DNA from: Candidatus Bathyarchaeota archaeon
GTDB lineage: Archaea; Thermoproteota; Bathyarchaeia; Bathyarchaeales; Bathyarchaeaceae
NCBI GenBank assembly: GCA_029882515.1
Contig: JAOUKN010000002.1
Location: 1-47,149, forward strand
Direction of reading: 5' to 3'
Length of the DNA: 47,149 bases
Notes under the pieces: model-generated
Database searches by the model: none
Told to the model about the DNA's origin: nothing
The model's input: only the letters and a program-made list of their open reading frames with translations
In this document: positions 27,737 to 36,464 of the stretch, piece after piece
Layout of the letters: the number at the start of each line of letters is the position of its first letter
How positions within the stretch are numbered: the stretch's first letter is position 1
Program-made: the position numbers and the translations under genes

Positions 27737-28540
27737 ATGAATACTTGGAGGCTTCTAACGCTTGAGGTAAGAAATGCCTTCATGAACATGGCTATCGACG
27801 AGGCCATCTTGAGAGCTAGAATCGCAGAAATGGTGCCAAACACTCTACGCTTCTACAGGTGGAAGCCCTCAGCCGTTTCCTTTGGTCGTTTCCAAAATAT
27901 CTTCACGGAGATTAACGTGGAAAACTGCAGGAAGTATGGCGTTGATTTTGTGAGGCGAATCACGGGTGGAGGAGCTGTTTACCACGATTATGAGGGAGAA
28001 ATAACCTATAGTGCAATTGTGGGCAAAAGGGACTTGAAAACCGCCGATGTTTTTCATGCCTATAGACTAATTTGTAATAGCTTAGTGGAGGCAACGAATA
28101 TCTTAGGAGTCCAAGCCGATTTTGATTCAGGCAATCTGAAACATTGTCCAAACGTGTTGGTGAACAGAAGAAAGATTTCTGGAAGTTCTCAGTATCAGAG
28201 AGGAGGGATTCTTCTTCAACATGGAACATTCCTGATAGATGTGGACTTGGAGAAGATGTTTACATTTTTGAAGGTTCCGTGGGCTACAGCCTCTGCGGAA
28301 GTAGTTCCTGTAGCCAGAAAGAAGATAACTTCAATGAAACACGAACTTGAGTCACACACGTCTATACAAGATGCCTACGAAGCGTTAGTCAAAGGTTTCC
28401 AGAATGCACTGAAAATCAGATTAATTGAAGGGAAGTTGACAAGCTACGAGAAAGGCCTCGCAGAAAAACTTTGCATGGAGAAATTTGCAACTGAGAATTG
28501 GATCCTACGAGGCAAAACAGTGGTCCCTTCTTTTCAATGA
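27737..28540 (+). CDS. lplA: Lipoate-protein ligase A family protein (catalytic domain only)
   Basis: 267 aa with motifs RFYRWKPSAVSFGRFQ, VRRITGGGAVYHD and KISGSSQ. There is no C-terminal accessory domain, as in bipartite archaeal LplA. Confidence 0.8.
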   Translation: MNTWRLLTLEVRNAFMNMAIDEAILRARIAEMVPNTLRFYRWKPSAVSFGRFQNIFTEINVENCRKYGVDFVRRITGGGAVYHDYEGEITYSAIVGKRDLKTADVFHAYRLICNSLVEATNILGVQADFDSGNLKHCPNVLVNRRKISGSSQYQRGGILLQHGTFLIDVDLEKMFTFLKVPWATASAEVVPVARKKITSMKHELESHTSIQDAYEALVKGFQNALKIRLIEGKLTSYEKGLAEKLCMEKFATENWILRGKTVVPSFQ

Positions 28541-28762
28541 AACCATTCTGATATATCTTCATCTCTTTTGGGCTTGAAGTCAAAGTCCATGGACACAAAA
28601 GTCGGATCTAAATCCGTTCTCGAGTTTCCGATGTAGTCTGCAACATTTATTTGTGTTGCATCTGTTAAATAGGCGCTGATTCTCACGGTGATTTTTTCAT
28701 TTATAGCGCGCGCACAGGAGAATAACAACGAATAAAGTCTGTTGTTCTAGTCGTAGAACTTG

Positions 28763-28788
28763 CTGTTCTAAACCGTGGAATTATATAC
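28763..28788 (+). promoter_or_regulatory. Shared promoter-like motif copy 3 (CTGTTCTAAACCGTGGAATTATATAC)
   Basis: Third copy of the motif, preceded by the palindrome GTTCTAgtcgTAGAAC (28744-28759). About 60 nt upstream of the 111-aa membrane-protein ORF. Confidence 0.45.
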
Positions 28789-28845
28789 TCCCACCTTCTA
28801 CAATTATGTTGATTAACAGCGTGAGTTGAAAGCCTACTATACCGC

Positions 28846-29181
28846 GTGACCATGGAGAAGGTGGACTTGAAAAAAATCCTCGCATATACCTTCACTGCAG
28901 TCTTGCTAGGATCAGTGATAATGCTTTCTCCGCTTCAGCTATTCTATGTCTCTCAAGGAGAGGGAGGGCTACTCACCTGCAACGCACCTTACATCAGAAC
29001 CCCTGACCAGTTAGCGAGTTGGGGCTCGCCCGACGCTGAAAAAGTAGCCACTCATCCAACCGATCCCTTTGTCGGGGCGTTAGCCCTTAGTTTCTTCGTA
29101 GCGTTAGTTGCGTACTTACTCCTTAGAAGACGCCGACCTGACGTATCGTATCGTCATTCTCAATATTTCCTCCGTTCATAA
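28846..29181 (+). CDS. Small hypothetical membrane protein (N- and C-terminal TM segments)
   Basis: 111-aa ORF (GTG 28846, or ATG 28852). Hydrophobic segments ILAYTFTAVLLGSVIML and VGALALSFFVALVAYLLL, the latter followed by RRRR. No family recognised. Confidence 0.5.
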   Translation: MTMEKVDLKKILAYTFTAVLLGSVIMLSPLQLFYVSQGEGGLLTCNAPYIRTPDQLASWGSPDAEKVATHPTDPFVGALALSFFVALVAYLLLRRRRPDVSYRHSQYFLRS

Positions 29182-29206
29182 TGCGCGCGCCCAGCTGAAG
29201 CAAGGG

Positions 29207-29995
29207 TTATTTGAGGGCTTTGCGTGCGTGGGTGATGTAGCCCGTGTGCCCGGTCATCAAGGTTTGCGGTCGAGTTTTTCCTCTTTCAATCTGCATGCCA
29301 CGCATAAGACATTCAACAGTTTCAATGGCTACAAACCCGTTTTCTTTTAGGGCTTCAACTGTCTTCACAACCTGATCAATAGTCGGACTGAAGGAGACAA
29401 GTACGCCGCTTCCTTTTAGGGCTGCGTAGGCGTGAGGAATGACCAGCCATGGAGTTGCGAGGTCTAGAACTACTGCGTCGACTTCTGTCTCATCGATGCC
29501 TTCTGTTATGTCTTTGTTCTTGACAGTAACATACTCTGAAACTCCTGCTCTCTTCAGGTTTTTCAGCGCCGACTCCATGAACTTCGTTCTAACTTCGTAG
29601 CTGTACACATGACCTGTGGGGCGGACATGACAGGCGAGAGATGTGGTTAAGGCGCCAGTTCCAGTTCCCGCCTCAACAACTCTGTTGCCTGGACCAGCAT
29701 CGCTGAACATAAGGATGAGAGATATGTCCTTTGGATACGTTATCTGGGTCTTTCTCTGCATCTTAAAAATATGGTCTCGTAACGTGGGTTTCAAGGCTAC
29801 GAATTCTATGTTCATGCTGCTGGCTATGCGAGTCCCGTACTGTTTTCCAACCAACTCTTCTAGTTGCACAAATCCTTTATGTGTGTGGAAACTCTTCTCC
29901 TGCTCAACTTTAACCAGGTAAGTTCTCTTCCGATCTAAGTAGAGAAGAACGTCATTACCTTCGTGGATTTCAGACAAACTGGACTCACACACCAT
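29207..29995 (-). CDS. trmI: tRNA (adenine-N1)-methyltransferase TrmI/Gcd14 family
   Basis: 262 aa with a SAM-binding motif (VVEAGTGTGALT) and the Gcd14-like N-terminal beta domain pattern. Confidence 0.8.
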   Translation of the reverse strand: MVCESSLSEIHEGNDVLLYLDRKRTYLVKVEQEKSFHTHKGFVQLEELVGKQYGTRIASSMNIEFVALKPTLRDHIFKMQRKTQITYPKDISLILMFSDAGPGNRVVEAGTGTGALTTSLACHVRPTGHVYSYEVRTKFMESALKNLKRAGVSEYVTVKNKDITEGIDETEVDAVVLDLATPWLVIPHAYAALKGSGVLVSFSPTIDQVVKTVEALKENGFVAIETVECLMRGMQIERGKTRPQTLMTGHTGYITHARKALK

Positions 29996-30050
29996 CTCTA
30001 AAACTCATTTGGAGATTATAACCTTATAGACTACTGTATGGTGAAGGGAG

Positions 30051-31544
30051 TTAGGGTTCGTAACGGAACGGATGCCTGGCCGACTCCTTCCTCTCCATGA
30101 GCTCCTCCGAAGTAGGTCTCGCCTCTAACGCCCTACGAATCGCCCAAACCATCGCCTTGAAGTTGTTTATCATCACTCGTTTTGGATTAGACGCAGTCGG
30201 ATGAACAAAGACGTTCGCGATCATAACCAACTCTTCTAAGGCATCTTTAGGCAGCAAACCGTCTTCCACGCTGTCCACAACAGCCTTGGCGACCCCACTC
30301 ATCGCATGCACATACACAAATTCAGCCTGACGCTCAGTTCTAATGGTGACTGTGGGGACCAATAAAGTGTCAGGCTTGACTGTTTTGCTTCCTAATCTTA
30401 CAAGTTGGGGGTCATGACCAGTTCTAGGATTTGCCAAAGTTTCCCGAAACGTCCTACCAACTGGACCATTCCTCAACCCTATGAGAAGATCAACGTGAGC
30501 AACTTCAGCTGTGCTGGGTGATGCAAAGGCTTCGCCAACTTTCAAAGAGAAATCACGTATTTTCATGGGGGTCTGAGGTGTAGCCCCAGCAAACATACTT
30601 TTAGTCACAAGATTCGGCTTAATTTCCAATTGGAGAGTTTTGCTGGAAAGTTTCCCTAACCACTCCAAACTCAATCTAAGTAGCTCTTCATCCTCATAAC
30701 GAAAGACACCCCCAGTCATAAGGGGCTTTCTCGCGGTTCCAACATCCAGCTCCATCATTCTTAATCCAGCTTTGACCGCAAGGCCTCCACCATGCCTAGT
30801 AATAATTCTTGCCAAAGTCTGAACCTTCCTTTGAAGACTACGGGCCTCCTCCAGATCGTGCTTTTCAACCAAGTCGTACAGTCGTAACCAAAGGTCAGGT
30901 ATCAGATTCGCAGAAGCTAATATCAGCCCATCAGCACCGGCGGCAAGTGCAGCCACCGCAATCTCATCATGCCCACAGATAATTGAAATCTTTCCATAAA
31001 CCTTCTCAAATAAAGCCATCATATAAGGCATGTTACCGCTGCTGTCCTTAATCCCAACTATATTATCGATTTCAGATAGGCCTTCCACGACCCACCAAGG
31101 GATCTCAACACCTGTGACCTGTGGAATATTGTAAAGAATGATTGGAAGGTCTGCAGCCTCCGCAATTTTGTCGTAGTGTTCATAGATCTCCTTGTCTGTG
31201 GGCTTGAAGTAGAAAGGCGAGACTACTAGGGCAGCGGTTGCACCTGCATCCTCAGCATGTTTGGTAAACTCTATGGCGTTCGTTGTTCTGGCGTCTCCAG
31301 TTCCAGCAATAACCGGCACCCGACCGTTAACCTCATCTATAGTAACTTCGATAACCTTCATCCTTTCTTCCACGGTCATGTTGACAAATTCGCCTGTTGT
31401 CCCACATGGAACCACTCCAGTGACGCCTTTCTCAATGACAAAATCTACCAGTCGCCTTAAACTCTCCTCATCAACCTCAAAGTTTCTTTCAAATGGTGTT
31501 ACGAGAGCGGGAATCACTCCCTTTAACCAAAATTTCTTCTCCAT
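30051..31544 (-). CDS. Fusion protein: DapA/DHDPS-NAL family class I aldolase plus formaldehyde-activating enzyme (Fae) domain
   Basis: Preferred start ATG 31544 (MEKKFWLKGVIPALVTPF). Aldolase motifs: CGTTGEF, LYNIPQ, VGIKDSSG (Schiff-base Lys context). The C-terminal ~171 aa (about nt 30054-30566) align by eye to Fae: VGEAF...EVAHVDLLIG, KPDTLLVPTVTI, VFVHPTA, ARHPF. Confidence 0.85.
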   Translation of the reverse strand: MEKKFWLKGVIPALVTPFERNFEVDEESLRRLVDFVIEKGVTGVVPCGTTGEFVNMTVEERMKVIEVTIDEVNGRVPVIAGTGDARTTNAIEFTKHAEDAGATAALVVSPFYFKPTDKEIYEHYDKIAEAADLPIILYNIPQVTGVEIPWWVVEGLSEIDNIVGIKDSSGNMPYMMALFEKVYGKISIICGHDEIAVAALAAGADGLILASANLIPDLWLRLYDLVEKHDLEEARSLQRKVQTLARIITRHGGGLAVKAGLRMMELDVGTARKPLMTGGVFRYEDEELLRLSLEWLGKLSSKTLQLEIKPNLVTKSMFAGATPQTPMKIRDFSLKVGEAFASPSTAEVAHVDLLIGLRNGPVGRTFRETLANPRTGHDPQLVRLGSKTVKPDTLLVPTVTIRTERQAEFVYVHAMSGVAKAVVDSVEDGLLPKDALEELVMIANVFVHPTASNPKRVMINNFKAMVWAIRRALEARPTSEELMERKESARHPFRYEP

Positions 31545-31545
31545 C

Positions 31546-33000
31546 CTAACCCCTCCACACTCGGAAAGCGTTTGAAAGAGCGAACTTGACTGCATCGTAA
31601 GTGTTTGTAAACAATATCTGTCTGTTTAGGGCTTCAGGATTAACAACAACCTTAACTATAATTGCATAATTCTCTAAAACTTCCTTTGAAATCACGTTTT
31701 CCTCAACTGTGTCTGAAACTGCCTTTCCAACGGCTGATTGAACTGGGCCGTACACTATGCTCGCTTGCCGTAGACTCTCAATTTTGATTGCTGGAACAAT
31801 AAGCGTAATCGGTTTGGCAGAGAGGTTTGGCTCTAAAATAGCTGTTAGGGCTTCGTGGCCAGGCTCAGGATTTGCTAAGGCTCTTGCCCACACATAACCC
31901 ACTGCACTTTGCTTTGGACCAGCCAGCAGAAAGACGTGCAACTTTTCTCTTCCTTCTCCAACTGAGGCTTCACTTACCAAGAGCTTTGACTGTTCGATGT
32001 CTTTGGCTGTGATCCCCAAATCTTGAAATCTATCCTCTAAGCGTTTTGGGAGTTCGGTTTTGACTTTAATCTGTTTTGCCGTTATTTTTCCAAGTTTTTC
32101 AAGTTCCATCCGTATCTCTTCTTTCACTTCCCATGCCAAAACTCCGCCACTTACCAGTGGTCTCCTTACTTTGCCAACATTAACGCTCATCATCTTTAAG
32201 GCTGCTTTAACGGCTACGGCTCCGCCATGTCTGCAGAAGATTCTTGCCAACTTTTGGGCACTCATCTGGATTTTTCTAGCAGAATCAACATCTCCTTTTT
32301 GAACAGCCTTATACAGTTTGACCCATATATCCGGGATAACATTCGCCGAAGCTAATATTGCTCCTTTGGCTCCAGCTGCTAATGCCGGCAAAACCACTTC
32401 GTCATGACCACAAACAATGGTGATCTTATCTCCAACGAAGCTTAGCAACTCGAGCATGTAGGGAAGGTGTCCACTGCTATCTTTTAGCCCTGTAATGTTG
32501 TCTATCCGAGCCAAGTCTTCGACGACTTCTCTGCTCAGAAATCCACCAGTACACTGCGGAATATTATATAACACGATTGGTATGTCTGCAGCTTTGGTAA
32601 CCTCATAGAAATGTTGATACGCACCTTTGTCTGCCGGACGCAAATAATAAGGGGTGACGACCAAAGTGGCGTCTGCTCCGACATCCTTAGCGTGTCTACA
32701 TAACTCTATTGTTTCTATAGTTGAGCTCGCACCAGTTCCAGCAATCACAGGAACTCTGCCGTTAACCTCATCAATAACCGTCTCCAATGCCCTCTTCCGT
32801 TCTTCTTTTGACATGTAAACAAATTCTCCAGTCGTACCAACGGGTACAACGCCATTTACTTCCCATTCAATCATGAAATTGACTAGATATCTCAAGGCTT
32901 CTTCATCAATTTCCCCTTCATTCTTGAATGGAGTAACTAATGCAGGAAAAATTCCTTCTAAATTGAACCTCTTTATCCTTATCACCACCAGAATAGACAA
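31546..33000 (-). CDS. Paralogous fusion: DapA-family aldolase plus a divergent Fae-like domain
   Basis: 484 aa. Aldolase motifs are intact (VGTTGEF, LYNIPQ, TGLKDSSG). The C-terminal ~147 aa are Fae-like but divergent: LHVFLLAG replaces AHxDLxxG, and there is no terminal HPF motif. One nt separates its stop from the next gene's ATG. Confidence 0.8.
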   Translation of the reverse strand: MSILVVIRIKRFNLEGIFPALVTPFKNEGEIDEEALRYLVNFMIEWEVNGVVPVGTTGEFVYMSKEERKRALETVIDEVNGRVPVIAGTGASSTIETIELCRHAKDVGADATLVVTPYYLRPADKGAYQHFYEVTKAADIPIVLYNIPQCTGGFLSREVVEDLARIDNITGLKDSSGHLPYMLELLSFVGDKITIVCGHDEVVLPALAAGAKGAILASANVIPDIWVKLYKAVQKGDVDSARKIQMSAQKLARIFCRHGGAVAVKAALKMMSVNVGKVRRPLVSGGVLAWEVKEEIRMELEKLGKITAKQIKVKTELPKRLEDRFQDLGITAKDIEQSKLLVSEASVGEGREKLHVFLLAGPKQSAVGYVWARALANPEPGHEALTAILEPNLSAKPITLIVPAIKIESLRQASIVYGPVQSAVGKAVSDTVEENVISKEVLENYAIIVKVVVNPEALNRQILFTNTYDAVKFALSNAFRVWRG

Positions 33001-33220
33001 GATTCGATTCTAATAATCTGGTGCCTAATATGTTTAATGAAGAGTTAAAAAAGCAAGTAGTTTGTAAATGTAAATTTTAAAATGAAGTAACTCTTCGACA
33101 CTCATATCATGTTGAGAAAAATCCCAATATTTACTAGGTAGGCTAAAACGTCAGGGTCCAAAGAGCTAGCAGAACCAGTATAGCAAATGTTTAATCCTTT
33201 TACTCGGAATTAGTTCATTC

Positions 33221-34660
33221 TTGGTGTTATCCATGTCTGTTGAGAAGGGATATGCTCTTGATTGGATTGCGAGAAATAGGGATAAGATTGTTGAGATCAG
33301 TGATAAGGTGTGGGAGCATGCCGAGCTAGGTTTAATCGAGTTCAAGTCTTCAGCGCTTCTAGCAGATGAATTGAAAAAACAGGGGTTTAAGGTTGAACGT
33401 GGAATTGCGGATATGCCTACAGCCTTCTTAGCAACTTGGGGTGCAGGAAAACCAGTCATCGGGATAATGGGCGAATATGATGCCCTACCCGGGCTATCAC
33501 AGAAAAAGGTTCCATCAAACAAAACTTTGCAACCGGGTGCCCCAGGGCACGGATGCGGGCACAATATTCATGGGACCAGCGGCATGGCAGCAGCAATAGC
33601 AGTAAGAATCGCTATGGAGAAACACAAGATAAAGGGTACAATCAGATTCTTTGGATGTCCGGCTGAGGAGAACTTCTCAGGCAAGGTATACATGGTTAGA
33701 GAGGGGTATTTCAGTGACGTTGATGCGGTGATCAGTCATCATCCAAGCACTATGAATGCAGCTGACCTAAGGAGCAGTTTGGCTGTCAACTCGATTAAGT
33801 TTCATTTCTATGGTAAGGCTTCCCATGCCGGTGCTTCCCCCGAGCAAGGCAGAAGCGCATTGGATGCAGTAGAATTAATGAACACAGGTGTAAACTACCT
33901 TAGGGAACACGTAATCCAAGATGCAAGAATCCACTACGTAATTGAAAAGGGCGGAGACCAGCCAAATATTGTGCCCCCATACGCCAGAAGCTGGTACTAC
34001 GTAAGAGCGCCAGAAAGAGATCAATTGGAATTCATATACAATTGGATACTCGAGATAGCAAAAGGAGCAGCAATCATGACAAGAACTAAGGTGAGAACAG
34101 AGTTTCTTGAAGGAAGTTACAATGTAATTCCCAATAAAGCTATCTCAGAGCTAATTGTTAAAAATATGCGTGAAATCGGGCTTCCCGAATATAGTGATGA
34201 AGATTTGAAGTTTGCAAAAGAGATTGCCAAGACAATTACACTAGAAATGAAGATTGCTCAGTTGAAGAAATCTAAGCGCCCAGGATGGGAGAAACTAGTG
34301 GACAAATTGATGGATGATGAAATTCCTGATCCTTGGGGTGAAGGTGAAGTGAGTCATGGTAGCACTGATGTAGCTGACGTGAGTTGGCAGACACCCACTG
34401 TAGAATTTACCACTGCAACTTGGGTTCTAGGTACACCTGGGCATTCATGGCAAAACGTAGCGCAAAGTGCAGTTGGACTTGGACATAATTCTCTCATCTT
34501 TTCTGCGAAGGTAATGGCTGCTACCTCCTTAGATTTCTTGATGAATGAAGAGATTCTTAACGAGGCAAAGAAGGAACATAGACAAAGAGTAGGAAACAAA
34601 AAGTATAGATCACCAATACCCCCTGAAAATAGACCGCCTCTTGACATATGGGAGAAATGA
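33221..34660 (+). CDS. M20 family amidohydrolase (AbgB-like)
   Basis: 479 aa with motifs GIMGEYDALPGL, GHGCGHN, FFGCPAEE and HHPS, typical of the M20D/AbgB-like subfamily. The true start may be ATG 33233. Confidence 0.8.
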   Translation: MVLSMSVEKGYALDWIARNRDKIVEISDKVWEHAELGLIEFKSSALLADELKKQGFKVERGIADMPTAFLATWGAGKPVIGIMGEYDALPGLSQKKVPSNKTLQPGAPGHGCGHNIHGTSGMAAAIAVRIAMEKHKIKGTIRFFGCPAEENFSGKVYMVREGYFSDVDAVISHHPSTMNAADLRSSLAVNSIKFHFYGKASHAGASPEQGRSALDAVELMNTGVNYLREHVIQDARIHYVIEKGGDQPNIVPPYARSWYYVRAPERDQLEFIYNWILEIAKGAAIMTRTKVRTEFLEGSYNVIPNKAISELIVKNMREIGLPEYSDEDLKFAKEIAKTITLEMKIAQLKKSKRPGWEKLVDKLMDDEIPDPWGEGEVSHGSTDVADVSWQTPTVEFTTATWVLGTPGHSWQNVAQSAVGLGHNSLIFSAKVMAATSLDFLMNEEILNEAKKEHRQRVGNKKYRSPIPPENRPPLDIWEK

Positions 34661-34813
34661 TTTTACCATTCTTATGCTTGCATACGCCCCGACTAAATAT
34701 TTCACGGTATGGAAACGTCTAAAGGCTTCTGAGACGTAAAAATCGTGCGCACACTCTTAGATTTGCATATGGTTCATCTTGAAAATCTAAGTATAATCTA
34801 AAAGGTGCGTGAA

Positions 34814-36097
34814 TTACTTTTTGTGCAGGTTCCAAGCAGCGATGAACGTTAGGCCTCGTTCTGTAAGCGCTTTGGCTGTTCTGTTCAGTGAATCATGTTT
34901 GTCTAGATAATTTGTTAAGAGCTTTGGCATTAACTCTTTTTCAATAATTTCTTCCTTAGGAATGAAGTAGTCCAAAATATCTGATGGGTGTTCTCGAATT
35001 TTTTCAACCTGAGGAAGTCCACCCTCATGTTTGGCACTGATGTTTTTGACATGGTCTGAGATCTTCAGAAGTTCCTCGATTCGGTCGTATGGTTGCCTGA
35101 CAATACTCTTGTAAGTTTCCACAATATGATGTTCGATGCGGATAATGTCTTCGAAGTTGAAGTTCTCTCGTGTATAGGCTGATAGTTCAATTGTTTTGTT
35201 ATTGGCAGAGTTGGAGAGATTGAAGCCAATGAGAGGTGTTGTGCCGTCATCTCGGCTAAAGAGTTTCGCAGTCATGAGAGTCCACAAACATGAATAAGGA
35301 TTATCGTTGCCCACGAAAACCGAAATCTTGAATTCTATGTCAATTCCCAGTTTATGCAGCCAATACCCGAGCATAACAGTGCCTGTGTTTATGTTCAATA
35401 CCTGCTGAACGCCATACTCTGTATGGTAATAAAGAAATTCATCAACCCACTTCAAGGCGTATTCATTTGGTACTCCTACGCCTCCGAAATAGCCTGTGAT
35501 AGTTTCAGGGCCTCCTAAATGAACGTTAATTGGTTGACCATCTGGTCCGAGCATTGTCCCTTTTGTGTCTAGTGTTTGCACGTAAGAGGCTCCGATGATT
35601 TGCATTGCTGCTGCAAACGCAAGGATGTCATCATCTTGAACTTGCTCTTTCATCGAACGGACACGAATATAGCGGGCGGGCATAAGGTCCTGTTGGGTAA
35701 TAGCCTTCTTCGCTTCTTCTATGAGCCATGGGAAAAAGTTGCAGGCACTTATCTCGAGGGTTACGGCGAATGTTTCATCAAACTTTGTAGAATTAGCCTT
35801 GTCTCCTAAAACTCTCTTGAGATATTCCGGGATGTTAATGAAAACGCTTTTGTCTCGTTGTTCAATCAACCATTCGAGGTCTTTCACATAAGGAGAATTT
35901 TTGTCTTTGAGTCGAGTCATGATGTTTTCGAGCTTGCTGGCTTCCTTCGCCTTACGGTTAATTTCGTCAACACCACCGTATTTCTCAACAGATTCTAGTA
36001 GGCCGTTTACAAGGGGGTTGTCTTCGCTTAGAAGAAGATTGTTGATCTCCTTCAGATTTTCTTCTCTGATTCTTAATCTATCTCTGAGACTGCTCAT
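34814..36097 (-). CDS. Hypothetical protein with no recognisable family (427 aa)
   Basis: Long ORF with non-repetitive, enzyme-like composition. It has a helical N-terminal ~100 aa and no TM segments. I could not match any motif. Confidence 0.7.
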   Translation of the reverse strand: MSSLRDRLRIREENLKEINNLLLSEDNPLVNGLLESVEKYGGVDEINRKAKEASKLENIMTRLKDKNSPYVKDLEWLIEQRDKSVFINIPEYLKRVLGDKANSTKFDETFAVTLEISACNFFPWLIEEAKKAITQQDLMPARYIRVRSMKEQVQDDDILAFAAAMQIIGASYVQTLDTKGTMLGPDGQPINVHLGGPETITGYFGGVGVPNEYALKWVDEFLYYHTEYGVQQVLNINTGTVMLGYWLHKLGIDIEFKISVFVGNDNPYSCLWTLMTAKLFSRDDGTTPLIGFNLSNSANNKTIELSAYTRENFNFEDIIRIEHHIVETYKSIVRQPYDRIEELLKISDHVKNISAKHEGGLPQVEKIREHPSDILDYFIPKEEIIEKELMPKLLTNYLDKHDSLNRTAKALTERGLTFIAAWNLHKK

Positions 36098-36464
36098 AGA
36101 TAATCCTCCGAATGTTCGCTATTGCGTTTTGGAAAAATTTAAGCGTTTTCGCTGAGGCATAGAGTGAAGCGTATGCTTCACCAAATGAGAAAAGTTGTGA
36201 GTAACAATAGTTGCTATAATCTTTTCGATTGGAGTTTACTCAAAAAACCAATTATTTCTGGTAGTACTGCAACTATGGGCACTGCTTAGAAATCCGATGT
36301 GGAGAGCCACTTATGGGATCGGGGCATCTTGTGAGCATGCTATGAAAGAGAACTAGGTTAGGAAAACCCATTTAAAGTTCAAGTTCATAATTATCTAGCC
36401 CTTACTGATTGGTGATCATGTTCCTCAATCTGAGATTATTGAAAAGTTGTGCTAATTAGGACGA

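Noticed and set aside
36164-36181. A perfect hairpin GTGAAGC-gtat-GCTTCAC in the divergent spacer between the two unknown genes.
   Set aside because: It is a single 7-bp stem with no flanking T-tract or repeat copy. It is noted but too small to interpret.
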